A stretch of DNA of 46,675 bases, from IMG/VR virus record IMGVR_UViG_3300035698_019051, one strand, 5' to 3'. The DNA is from a virus. This document shows, one piece after another, positions 9,730 to 18,094 of this stretch (positions are counted from its first letter, which is position 1; the number at the start of each line of letters is the position of its first letter). The notes under the pieces are model-generated. The model was not told the DNA's origin, searched no databases, and saw only the letters and a program-made list of their open reading frames with translations. The position numbers and the translations under genes were made by a program.

Positions 9730-10485
9730 TTAAGCTCCTAGTTCCTCTGCTTGTTCGGCGGTGGTCTTACAAAAAACTTCTATTGCGGCTTTTATCAAAA
9801 CTTGATCCGCCTGAGAATATACTATCTCAGAGTCACAAGTCGGCGAGACCCTCCCAGATCTACGATTAATATAGTAATATCTATCTCCATCTGTAACCAT
9901 CCCTAACTGGGCACCAGTAAGAGCATATATCTCAATACGGAACCACGGCTCGGCATCAGGTCGCTGAGGAGTGGTGATCTTGAGGTTATTAGCAATCGCA
10001 ACAATCTCATCTACCCGGCACTGCTCGATTACACCAGTATAGGTTACGTATTCCCCAACATCATATAAGTTGGAAGCCATCTTGTAGGAAGGAGCGGTGA
10101 ATCGGAATGGCTCAGGGAGTTGAGACTTGGAACGATATCTCTTCGGCTTGGGCGGTGCTTTCGCCGCCTTGGCTTCTGCGTGTTCTATAATCTCATCGGC
10201 GAATGTTTCGGTGTTCTCCCCTCTTGCGGCTGCCTCAGTTCTCATATTATTAAACGGCGACCCCGAATACCACGTGGTTTCCTCCACATACCCACCCTTG
10301 GGAGTCCTGAACAGGAAACGAATGATATGAGCCCACGTGGACCGTCCAGCGGGACGCTGATAGTTAACAGTTACCCCATCCAGGCGTAATTTTACTGAAC
10401 CCAAGTCTGGATCCAGCTTTAAGATATATCCCTTACTCTTGAGTGTTGCCGCCCGCTTCTCGAATTCTTTGTACAGCTTGTCCAT
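9730..10485 (-). CDS. hypothetical protein
   Basis: 251-aa ORF; the ATG sits about 7 nt from a GC-rich upstream element, so a leaderless start is possible. Confidence 0.6.
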   Translation of the reverse strand: MDKLYKEFEKRAATLKSKGYILKLDPDLGSVKLRLDGVTVNYQRPAGRSTWAHIIRFLFRTPKGGYVEETTWYSGSPFNNMRTEAAARGENTETFADEIIEHAEAKAAKAPPKPKRYRSKSQLPEPFRFTAPSYKMASNLYDVGEYVTYTGVIEQCRVDEIVAIANNLKITTPQRPDAEPWFRIEIYALTGAQLGMVTDGDRYYYINRRSGRVSPTCDSEIVYSQADQVLIKAAIEVFCKTTAEQAEELGA

Positions 10486-10491
10486 ATGCAG

Positions 10492-10530
10492 TTGTGCCGC
10501 GCAGCCCCCGCGTGAGCAATTACCCTTCCC
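10492..10530 (-). promoter_or_regulatory. GC-rich upstream element copy
   Basis: GTGCCGCGCAGCCCCCGCGTGAGCAATTACC, 7 nt from the ATG. Confidence 0.4.
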
Positions 10531-10551
10531 GGGATTCTATATCTCTGCGTA

Positions 10552-10590
10552 CCTCGGAAGGCCTCTAATGATCTTAGAGGCCTTCCGAGG
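10552..10590. repeat. perfect 17-bp inverted repeat with 5-nt spacer
   Basis: CCTCGGAAGGCCTCTAA tgatc TTAGAGGCCTTCCGAGG; no U-tract on either strand. Confidence 0.8.
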
Positions 10591-10957
10591 CCTTTCGACG
10601 GCCTTCTTTGGCTATTTCTTTGGCCTCTTGGGCCTGCTCGGTAGTATATTCAGCAATCGCTTCTGCAATCACGTCCCGATCAGCACGGCCCATCAGAGTG
10701 AATATGGCGTGGGATTTGTGGGTGAATGACTCGATTAGGTGCGATTCAGACGAGTCGATTTCGCCTTCGGCCTTATGGACGATGTGAGCAGGCTGCCATT
10801 TATCGCCATCCACAACTATCATCGCGTTGCGCCCCATGATCTTGTCCTTGATAGAAACCAAGAAGCGGATATCAAGCTGTTTAGGATCGTCAGCATATTC
10901 GCTTATTGAGCCGCTCTCCAACACCGCCACCATATTCAGAACAGTGGCCTCAGCCAA
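10574..10957 (-). CDS. hypothetical protein
   Basis: 127-aa ORF. Confidence 0.5.
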   Translation of the reverse strand: MAEATVLNMVAVLESGSISEYADDPKQLDIRFLVSIKDKIMGRNAMIVVDGDKWQPAHIVHKAEGEIDSSESHLIESFTHKSHAIFTLMGRADRDVIAEAIAEYTTEQAQEAKEIAKEGRRKASEGL

Positions 10958-11010
10958 GATAGATTGGCTCTTGAACGTGTCCTCCGTGGATGTGGGCCGC
11001 CGTCCGAGGC

Positions 11011-11544
11011 TTATAGACCGAAGAACTTAGGCTTAGGTTTTGTTGTTGGCCAGCCTTTTTCAACCGCGCGGAGGGCAGCTTCCTTGCCCTTGGTTTTGAA
11101 GATGCCCTTTTCCATCGGGCCTTGGCCCTGCAGGGCGGACTTCGGCTTCGTAGTTGGCTGCGTTGTTGGTTTAGGCAGGGGCAATGTAGTAGGTATCAAT
11201 TTTAGTGCTTCAAGTCCGAGCTTCTGTACAATAAATAATCTGAGCCTCTTGGCGTAGTCAGTGAGAATGCGGTTCTGCTTTACATATTTCACATTCCAAA
11301 TCCGCAGACCCTTGAGTTCAACATTGTCCTTCTCTAACTTCACGATAGTAGCAGCTTGAGCAGTGACAGTCTTCTGCAGGGCGAGAGCCTGTTTGCGATA
11401 CCGTCTAGAGGCAAGGGCATATTTTTTACCGTCATTTCTAGCTTTGGTATAAGCTTTTTTGAGATTCGCATTTATTTCAGCAGCGGTAGCTCCATATGAA
11501 ACCGAACTGCAGAGTAAAACCATTATAATTGCCAATGTCTTCAT
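11011..11544 (-). CDS. secreted/periplasmic protein with N-terminal signal peptide
   Basis: MKTLAIIMVLLCSSVSYGATAAE looks like a typical signal peptide; Lys-rich, coiled-coil-like mature part. Confidence 0.55.
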   Translation of the reverse strand: MKTLAIIMVLLCSSVSYGATAAEINANLKKAYTKARNDGKKYALASRRYRKQALALQKTVTAQAATIVKLEKDNVELKGLRIWNVKYVKQNRILTDYAKRLRLFIVQKLGLEALKLIPTTLPLPKPTTQPTTKPKSALQGQGPMEKGIFKTKGKEAALRAVEKGWPTTKPKPKFFGL

Positions 11545-11545
11545 T

Positions 11546-11830
11546 TTATGTCTCCTCAGACTGGGCCGTGGATTGCCTGTCTACCTCGAAACTGTCCGAT
11601 CCATATCGCCCAATCTTCATTCCAAGCATAGCTAAGATAGCGTGACGTCTCTGCTTATCCAATATTTGGAAGACTTCACGCCGGATGGATTGAGGAGTCG
11701 CTTTAGTCTTGATATACTCAGTGACGGCGTCCTGAGTTACATCAATAATCTCCTCTGCACTCATTGTGACGCGTCTGACAGTCTTTGGTGCTTTGGGTGC
11801 TTTGGGTGCTTTAGGTGCTGGTGTTGGCAT
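11546..11830 (-). CDS. hypothetical protein with PKAPKAPKAPK repeat
   Basis: AAAGGA SD before the internal ATG (MPTPAP); 9-nt tandem DNA repeat. Confidence 0.45.
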   Translation of the reverse strand: MPTPAPKAPKAPKAPKTVRRVTMSAEEIIDVTQDAVTEYIKTKATPQSIRREVFQILDKQRRHAILAMLGMKIGRYGSDSFEVDRQSTAQSEET

Positions 11831-11831
11831 G

Positions 11832-12014
11832 CTATCCTTTCCCCGCACATCGCGGGCAATCGCCTTCTGGGTCTGTAGCACAGAATACACAATATTCAGT
11901 CATGCAAACCGGGCATTCTTCCAGATCAGATTCGATTGTCTGCTCCGTATTGCAATACGGGCATTTAATTGCTTCTTCGTCTGCGATTAGAATGAATTCC
12001 TGAGGAAGCCGCAC
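11832..12014 (-). CDS. small zinc-ribbon protein (4x CxxC)
   Basis: CPYC...CPVC...CVFC...CPRC spacing. Confidence 0.4.
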   Translation of the reverse strand: MRLPQEFILIADEEAIKCPYCNTEQTIESDLEECPVCMTEYCVFCATDPEGDCPRCAGKG

Positions 12015-12325
12015 GGGACGTACATGACTTCGGCTGTCTTGTCCACACGGACGATTATCTTCACGTCGTGAACGTCCTCTTTGAGGGTCTTGGGTTCCTC
12101 ATAGTATTCGTCCTCGACATTGGCGATGTAGAATGTCTGCATCGCGTGGGCCGTGGTGAGGGTGCCAGCTTTATCTGACGCATCTTTAGCATTCTCACCG
12201 GATGCCAGTAGCTGCATTTCCACTATCTTCCGGAATGCGGCCAAGACAGCCCTGGCGGGGGAGGCTCCCTGCCCCTTCTTGTGGTGTCCGTGCTGCGGGT
12301 CCATTATTATTGCTTCGTAGTTCAT
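11987..12325 (-). CDS. hypothetical protein
   Basis: 112-aa ORF. Confidence 0.45.
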   Translation of the reverse strand: MNYEAIIMDPQHGHHKKGQGASPARAVLAAFRKIVEMQLLASGENAKDASDKAGTLTTAHAMQTFYIANVEDEYYEEPKTLKEDVHDVKIIVRVDKTAEVMYVPCGFLRNSF

Positions 12326-12370
12326 CGTAGTCTCCTGTGCTGTACGTTGTGTACGTTCGTAGTGCGTGTT

Positions 12371-13141
12371 TTATTGTCGTGGCGACGGTGCTGCACCGTT
12401 GTCAGCTTCGTTGAGGTTAAGATCGATATATCGCCTGATCTCAGCAGTGATTAAGGCGCGGTCGTTTTGGTTTAGCGTAGCCAATCGCTCGATAGCATCG
12501 TCATCCAGGAATATTGTATGGTTTTTGCCGTGCTCCCGTACTGGATACCAGATATCGCCATCAGTAACCATCTTTTGGGTGGTTGGGTAGTTGCCATACC
12601 CCCCTCGCTTGACGGCGATTGACATCAGGAAATATGGTTTGGACCCAGGCTCGAAAACAGTGTGAACGATCCGGCGACCATTGGTAGTAACTATGTCGAC
12701 TACTGAGGCCTCGCTGGCCATCCCTGGATAAGTGCAATTGCTTTTGTGCACATAGGTACCTTCAGCGAACTTATATGACTCGGGCAGCGGTCTGTCTGGG
12801 TGAAGCATCTCGTCGAGATGGCCATTAGTAGTCACGGCTCCCGCGATCCACTCAAGCACATCGGGGACAATCCCGGCCACTTTGCCAAATCGCTTGCGAG
12901 CTATGTGCTTGTGCGTCAGCTCATAGTGCTGCATGCTATCGACCTTGAACTCCTCCTCTTTAGCGATTATAGATATTTCAAATCGCTTGGCATTGGCCGA
13001 TCGGAGTTCAATCTTGCCGCTGTGTTTATTGCTATTGCCCAGGGCGAACCGCATCTCAACGCTCTTGTACACGCTGGTCTTATACCCTAGATCTTGCAGC
13101 CCCTTCTCCAAGGCTGCTCTGATTTCTCGCATTGATTGCAT
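12371..13141 (-). CDS. hypothetical protein
   Basis: 256-aa ORF. Confidence 0.55.
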   Translation of the reverse strand: MQSMREIRAALEKGLQDLGYKTSVYKSVEMRFALGNSNKHSGKIELRSANAKRFEISIIAKEEEFKVDSMQHYELTHKHIARKRFGKVAGIVPDVLEWIAGAVTTNGHLDEMLHPDRPLPESYKFAEGTYVHKSNCTYPGMASEASVVDIVTTNGRRIVHTVFEPGSKPYFLMSIAVKRGGYGNYPTTQKMVTDGDIWYPVREHGKNHTIFLDDDAIERLATLNQNDRALITAEIRRYIDLNLNEADNGAAPSPRQ

Positions 13142-13602
13142 TAGTCGTCCTCGTGTTGATTAAAAGTCAAGATTGTCAATGACCCCGTAAACTTGGTATG
13201 CGAACTCCAAAGAACGGTCGAAATTATCGGACATATCACTCGCATTCTCGCCGCCATTGCCACCCCCTGACTTATCATACCAGCTATGGTGGCTTCTACC
13301 TCGCTACGGTTGTTGGCATTTAAAGTCCCCCCCGCCGCAAATGATAGCTTCCCAGTGCTAATCTTATAAACCATTTTATGCCTACCGTCGCCCATTCCAG
13401 ATACCACGTACACATGCACTATGTCATCTTCTCGTTTGTATGGGACAGCAAAATGAATTAATGGGCTGCTGTTGGGACTATATGGATGTAGCCAGCGATT
13501 AAGCCGATATGCATTGCATATCGTTGCGGCACGTAATTTGCCATCGGGGATTGCCATTCCTAACATTAGTCGTGTACCTTCATTCTGATGACCTTGCCCC
13601 AT
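13141..13602 (-). CDS. hypothetical protein
   Basis: 153-aa ORF coupled to the downstream gene. Confidence 0.5.
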   Translation of the reverse strand: MGQGHQNEGTRLMLGMAIPDGKLRAATICNAYRLNRWLHPYSPNSSPLIHFAVPYKREDDIVHVYVVSGMGDGRHKMVYKISTGKLSFAAGGTLNANNRSEVEATIAGMISQGVAMAARMRVICPIISTVLWSSHTKFTGSLTILTFNQHEDD

Positions 13603-14891
13603 TCGGGCTCGCTCTCTACATCCGTTGTTATTACGAACATAGCCGGGAAGTTCCGGGGGTGAGGCCAGTTACAGTAGCCGTCGGTGAGCATGACCATCAC
13701 GCTGCCGACTCCACTGTTCTCTTCCAACCACTCAACGGGAGCGGACATATCAGTGCCACCGCGTCCGCCGATTGTGATGCTCTTCCAGTCGCCTCGCCTA
13801 TATCGGTCGAAGCCCTGGAATTCGGCGTCCCATTGGAGAACGAACACCTTCGCTCTGTAGGAGATCGCCTCGATCTCAGCGAAGAACTGCTCCAACTCCT
13901 GGGTTCCGATTGACCCGGAGGTATCGACGATAACTGACACGGTGGCGGCTGCGTGCCTGCTGGTGCCCTTGAATCCGAATTTCTGCATTCGTCTGTTGGC
14001 TCGGGAGTACGTCTTCCGTTTATTGCCAACGTGGGTTCCCAAGAACTGCCTCAACACTTCACGCCATCTGACGATGGGCTTGGACAGTGCCTCAAGCACC
14101 TGTTTAAGGTGCCCCGGAACGTGCCCTTGCGACTTATTGGTGGCCTCTTTCACCATATCGTGAATGAGCTGCCTGGCCTCGTCCTGGGAGATTTCGGACT
14201 GGTTCCACACATCGTGGTCGTCTAGGGCTTTGCCCTCGTGATTGCCGTGCTGGTAGTAACCGGGCTTGCCGTTGCCCTGGCCTTCTCCCTCGCCCTCTCC
14301 CTCGCCTTCGCCTTCTTCGCCGTCGCCCTGACCTTGTCCTTGGCCCTGACCTTGTCCTTGGCCCTGACCTTGTCCTTGGCCCTGACCTTGTCCTTGGCCC
14401 TGACCTTGCTGACCGCCACTTTCGGCAATCTGGTCGTAGTAGGTTTCGGCGGACTCGCCGGTCGACCAGTTCTTGGGGACGAAGCACATCTTGTTATCGG
14501 GCAGGATCAGCGTTCCGTTTTCTTCTTTATAGCCGATGAATGGGGCACCCTGCTCGCCATTAACCGCCATGTCGGTGGCTATATTCCAGGCGTCGACTTC
14601 TCGCCCACCGGTTCGAACTGTATGCAGCCTCACAAGGTGGTTGATAACGTGCTCAATGACGCCGTATAGAACGCGGAGATCGGTCTTCTGAACCCACTCC
14701 GAGCTATAGAAGGCTTGAATCGCGCCGGTGCCATTGATCCGCATCCCGAGAGTACGTTTCTCAGGATCCTCCACCCAGGTCATTTCCGATTCCTTCCACT
14801 CGATGGACATTGCCATATGCCCATACCATGGTTCCCTGGTCATGAGGCGACATCGCGCTCTCATCAGTCTGTCTTCTGCTGTTTCTGCCAT
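13566..14891 (-). CDS. VWA-domain protein with N-terminal putative metallopeptidase-like domain and (GQ)17 linker
   Basis: C-terminal DxSGS MIDAS-like motif (VIVDTSGSIGT), which is VWA-like. The N-terminal histidine-rich helix region resembles the DUF2201_N-type partners of MoxR ATPases. The central stretch is GQGQ...GEGEGE. Confidence 0.7.
   Translation of the reverse strand: MAETAEDRLMRARCRLMTREPWYGHMAMSIEWKESEMTWVEDPEKRTLGMRINGTGAIQAFYSSEWVQKTDLRVLYGVIEHVINHLVRLHTVRTGGREVDAWNIATDMAVNGEQGAPFIGYKEENGTLILPDNKMCFVPKNWSTGESAETYYDQIAESGGQQGQGQGQGQGQGQGQGQGQGQGQGQGQGDGEEGEGEGEGEGEGQGNGKPGYYQHGNHEGKALDDHDVWNQSEISQDEARQLIHDMVKEATNKSQGHVPGHLKQVLEALSKPIVRWREVLRQFLGTHVGNKRKTYSRANRRMQKFGFKGTSRHAAATVSVIVDTSGSIGTQELEQFFAEIEAISYRAKVFVLQWDAEFQGFDRYRRGDWKSITIGGRGGTDMSAPVEWLEENSGVGSVMVMLTDGYCNWPHPRNFPAMFVITTDVESEPEWGKVIRMKVHD
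14271..14410. repeat. 18-nt tandem DNA repeat encoding (GQ)n/(GE)n
   Basis: ccttggccctgaccttgt unit repeated about 5 times, then a GAGGGC-type repeat. Confidence 0.8.
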
Positions 14892-14893
14892 TA

Positions 14894-15139
14894 TTATCCC
14901 TTACGCTGATTTATACGACGCTTTTTACTTCTTAAAACAAGAAACACTACGATACCCACAAACATACCTGCTCCGATCCATATTGCGTGCACTGGCCAAA
15001 CCATTGTGAGGATGAAAAGTGTGATTCCTATCCCCATCCCAAGAGCCGATCCCAGGAGGCACAATATCCTAAAACCAAATGCTCTGCAGGCTTGCTTGAA
15101 GGGAAGCTCCACGATTAATTTTCTGTCTGCCATTTTCAT
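14894..15139 (-). CDS. small membrane protein
   Basis: Hydrophobic helix; probable start at MKMADRK with AAGG upstream. Confidence 0.45.
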   Translation of the reverse strand: MKMADRKLIVELPFKQACRAFGFRILCLLGSALGMGIGITLFILTMVWPVHAIWIGAGMFVGIVVFLVLRSKKRRINQRKG

Positions 15140-15184
15140 TTTGTTGCCTTCGCTGCCTTCGAACTGGGGCACGATACACATACC

Positions 15185-15235
15185 GTCCCGCCAACGCGCC
15201 GTGCCGCGCCGCCGCAGCCGCGACAACTATGGTTC
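15185..15235 (-). promoter_or_regulatory. GC-rich upstream element copy
   Basis: GTGCCGCGCCGCCGCAGCCGCGACAACTATGG. Confidence 0.4.
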
Positions 15236-15244
15236 GCGCCCACG

Positions 15245-15940
15245 TTATTCGCCCAAATTCGCAACGGTTTCAATTACCTGTTGAATAATTTCTTGCTCGT
15301 TGAGGATCGGGAATCCAACCATCTCGCGTAGACTCTTGCCTCTATTCTTACCCGCACGGCCAACCAAGGTCATCTCATCACTTAAATTGCATATGATGGA
15401 TGTCTTGCAAATGCCCTTATAGGTCTTTGGGGATGGTGCTGCTATTCCCAAACGCAGGATAAGATCGGGCGTAAAATTAGGATCCGGGCTGCCCTGTACC
15501 CTAATTTTACAATCCACGATGAACGCCGATCTAGCAGAAACCTTCGCTTCTAAGATCGTGGGCTTCGCCGTGGGTTTCTTGCGACGAGATAACTTCATCT
15601 CGTGCTCGTTGAGCTGAGTCATGGCCCAATAGAAATTCCGATCTCTATTGGGATCCACACTAAAGTCATCACCACGGGCCGCAATAGCGTGAGGCAGTTT
15701 ATAGCGGAATCTGCCCCCATACCACGCAGTATGCCTCTGTACATATGCGGGTTTTGACGACTCGAATCGACCCTTGCCGAACAGAATGAGCGTCTGAGCT
15801 CCTACAGCAAGTTCAGTTATCTTATCTCGCATATTACGGTAGTGATTATGCGCGAATTTCTGTCCAACTAGTTTTCCAGCCTGGATTTCAGCCTGGACTT
15901 TAGCCCACAATTCGTCTACATCCACTCTCTTTACATCCAT
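15245..15940 (-). CDS. hypothetical protein
   Basis: 231-aa ORF. Confidence 0.55.
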   Translation of the reverse strand: MDVKRVDVDELWAKVQAEIQAGKLVGQKFAHNHYRNMRDKITELAVGAQTLILFGKGRFESSKPAYVQRHTAWYGGRFRYKLPHAIAARGDDFSVDPNRDRNFYWAMTQLNEHEMKLSRRKKPTAKPTILEAKVSARSAFIVDCKIRVQGSPDPNFTPDLILRLGIAAPSPKTYKGICKTSIICNLSDEMTLVGRAGKNRGKSLREMVGFPILNEQEIIQQVIETVANLGE

Positions 15941-15941
15941 A

Positions 15942-16355
15942 TTATTGTCCCTTCGCTATGATTGATACCATACCCTGGCCAGCCATAGTATTGAGGAGGT
16001 CGTCAGGCATATCTGCGCCCAATATCCCGCGAGGCGTCAGAGCTTCCCAGAGGCCAAGGATCGTGCCAAGGCCCATAAGCATCAAGGCAAGTCCCTGATC
16101 GCCAATCCAACCACCAAGTTCCATATAGCCGTGTTCTTTGCCATCTAGCGGATCAACATCACCATAATGGCCCTTGTGTTCTGCAATAAGCTTTCGCAGT
16201 GTGTTTGCGTTTCCCGTCCCAATACTGCCAACCGTGAAGAAGTGCATATCTACTGTGTGGCCTATTGGATCGGGTGCGTCACCCACATCCATACATTGAC
16301 CGCAGCGGCATTCCCCACGCGTTGCGATCTTTTGTACGTATTTTGCTAATGTCAT
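15942..16355 (-). CDS. hypothetical protein
   Basis: 137-aa ORF with a Cys-rich N-terminus. Confidence 0.5.
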   Translation of the reverse strand: MTLAKYVQKIATRGECRCGQCMDVGDAPDPIGHTVDMHFFTVGSIGTGNANTLRKLIAEHKGHYGDVDPLDGKEHGYMELGGWIGDQGLALMLMGLGTILGLWEALTPRGILGADMPDDLLNTMAGQGMVSIIAKGQ

Positions 16356-16867
16356 CAGCTCTGTCCCTGTGTCAAGTGTCCACGAATCGCCACCCCAACC
16401 TTTTCGAGTATCTCATCCTGGTTTATAAACTGCATTACTTTATCGCCGTGCTGTATTTCGCCGCTATCGAGGTCTATGTACATCACATGTGCCCGCGCCG
16501 GTTTGCTTGCTGTGCTTCGCCCTGTGGCTTTGAGGCTATTGTAATGCACTTTCGCGATAATAGTAGGGGTCGCGCCGGGAGAAGGATTTACGTCGACTGA
16601 AATGTCGTGGATGCGCAAGATGTAAAGACCATCCGGGAAAATATTGCCTTCTATCTGGCAATACGAACTCCCGACGACGGCATCCACAGCACTCTGTTTA
16701 GAGGTAAATCTGCCAATATACCCCGCTGAATACCGTGTAACACGGCCATCTACAGCTTTGGTTGCCGTCCATATACCATGGTCTCGCGAAACAGCGCCCA
16801 ATAGCGCATTGCCATTGCGGACCTCATAATCGCCACCCGGTACTATTTCAACAGTTGGTTCTGTCAT
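16355..16867 (-). CDS. hypothetical protein
   Basis: 170-aa ORF. Confidence 0.5.
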   Translation of the reverse strand: MTEPTVEIVPGGDYEVRNGNALLGAVSRDHGIWTATKAVDGRVTRYSAGYIGRFTSKQSAVDAVVGSSYCQIEGNIFPDGLYILRIHDISVDVNPSPGATPTIIAKVHYNSLKATGRSTASKPARAHVMYIDLDSGEIQHGDKVMQFINQDEILEKVGVAIRGHLTQGQS

Positions 16868-16876
16868 TTGTCTCTC

Positions 16877-17506
16877 CTACACATCCATACCTTCTGAACT
16901 GATATCGTGGTCGCCATTTGGCTGCCTACCTTCGGGTTTATTCAAGATGTCTCCGGCCATGAAGGCGGGTGTCTGTCGCCAAATATATCGCCTCAATGTA
17001 TCTCGCGAAAACTCGCGGAATCGTGCTGATCGCATTCGCCAAACGGTCTTCACAGCTGCCAGTATTGCACACCAGCGCCTCTGCCATTTGGATTCCCGGC
17101 TTTTGGTTCGGTCGAGTTCGAGTTCATATGCTATATTCCAGGCATACCGCCAGAAGCCGATGTACTTGAACCGATATGTGGTCCAAGGAGCAGCCCGCTT
17201 ACTTCGAACTTTAACTCCACAATACCCCCAAGTTGTCCTGCCGCAAGGCATCGTCACTTTCGCCTTGTGTGTCACGAGATCTGCATTATTACTCTGACAC
17301 ATATGCTTGAGGAGATCAAGGAACCGCTCAGGAGTGTAATCCTCACCATTAAGGAGTACACCGTCTTCCCGCATCTTCTTTGTGTCGAGAGTTACGTTAA
17401 GCGCCGTGATCTTATCGGCGTTGGCGAGCTTGTCATGTATCTCCTGCGGAGGAGTATCCTTGGTAAACTCAATTACCTCGTCCGTTTCGCTCATATAACC
17501 TGGCAT
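16877..17506 (-). CDS. hypothetical protein
   Basis: 209-aa ORF. Confidence 0.5.
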   Translation of the reverse strand: MPGYMSETDEVIEFTKDTPPQEIHDKLANADKITALNVTLDTKKMREDGVLLNGEDYTPERFLDLLKHMCQSNNADLVTHKAKVTMPCGRTTWGYCGVKVRSKRAAPWTTYRFKYIGFWRYAWNIAYELELDRTKSRESKWQRRWCAILAAVKTVWRMRSARFREFSRDTLRRYIWRQTPAFMAGDILNKPEGRQPNGDHDISSEGMDV

Positions 17507-17509
17507 AAT

Positions 17510-17959
17510 CTATTCCTTATCTTTTTCGATAGCTCTACTAACATCGCATGGAACGATGTTATTCTTATTTTGCTCTGTAGTTATGATGCATTTATTCGTG
17601 GCGGTTTTCATCCTCATATACCGGCCTTTGAATTCCAACAGATTCCCAGCACCTTCAAGGTATCCCTTGAGAGCGGTCCTAATCAACCCCTTTTGGCGTG
17701 GCGGGATAGTGGTATCTTCAAGAGTCGTGTCACGAAGGTCACTACGCCAACGCCATATATCATCACCATCAGTGAAAACCATTATCGCCCCCATGCATGA
17801 CACAGCATATAGAACATCGAGCTGTGGATCATGTACGTTATCAACCATCTTCCCATCACGCACCCCCACAATACCCCAGACTCGCACATTCTGTTGCGAA
17901 AAGGCGTTTGGAGGTCGCGGTGAGGTTCTATAAGTCTGATTATTTTGGTTTGTTCGCAT
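17510..17959 (-). CDS. hypothetical protein
   Basis: 149-aa ORF immediately after a GC-rich upstream element. Confidence 0.5.
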   Translation of the reverse strand: MRTNQNNQTYRTSPRPPNAFSQQNVRVWGIVGVRDGKMVDNVHDPQLDVLYAVSCMGAIMVFTDGDDIWRWRSDLRDTTLEDTTIPPRQKGLIRTALKGYLEGAGNLLEFKGRYMRMKTATNKCIITTEQNKNNIVPCDVSRAIEKDKE

Positions 17960-17982
17960 TCAGTCTTCCTGGGGAAATATGG

Positions 17983-18030
17983 CCTCTGCCGTGTCGCCGT
18001 GCCGCGCAGTCGCGCCGCGAGAAATTCTAA
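17983..18030 (-). promoter_or_regulatory. GC-rich upstream element copy
   Basis: GTGTCGCCGTGCCGCGCAGTCGCGCCGCGAGAAATTCTA. Confidence 0.4.
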
Positions 18031-18039
18031 ATATAAAAC

Positions 18040-18067
18040 GAGGGGAGCCGATTTCTCGGCTCCCCTC
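18040..18067 (-). terminator. rho-independent terminator downstream of the MVP gene
   Basis: 12-bp perfect stem GAGGGGAGCCGA/TCGGCTCCCCTC with a TTTC loop, followed on the minus strand by GTTTTATATTT. Confidence 0.65.
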
Positions 18068-18094
18068 GCCAGGAGACCAACCTGCCAAAAAACT

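Noticed and set aside
12340-12400. GT-rich repeat (gtacgttgtgtacgttcgtagtgcgtg) and a degenerate GC-element-like stretch
   Set aside because: It shares only the GCGACGGTGCTGCACCG fragment with the element family; too divergent to count as a copy
14134-14669. ORFs encoding RSGPRT..., KDKVRA... and LTLSLA... repeats
   Set aside because: These are alternative-frame readouts of the 18-nt (GQ)n tandem repeat inside the VWA gene, not independent genes. The array is also not CRISPR: there are no unique spacers and the units are contiguous
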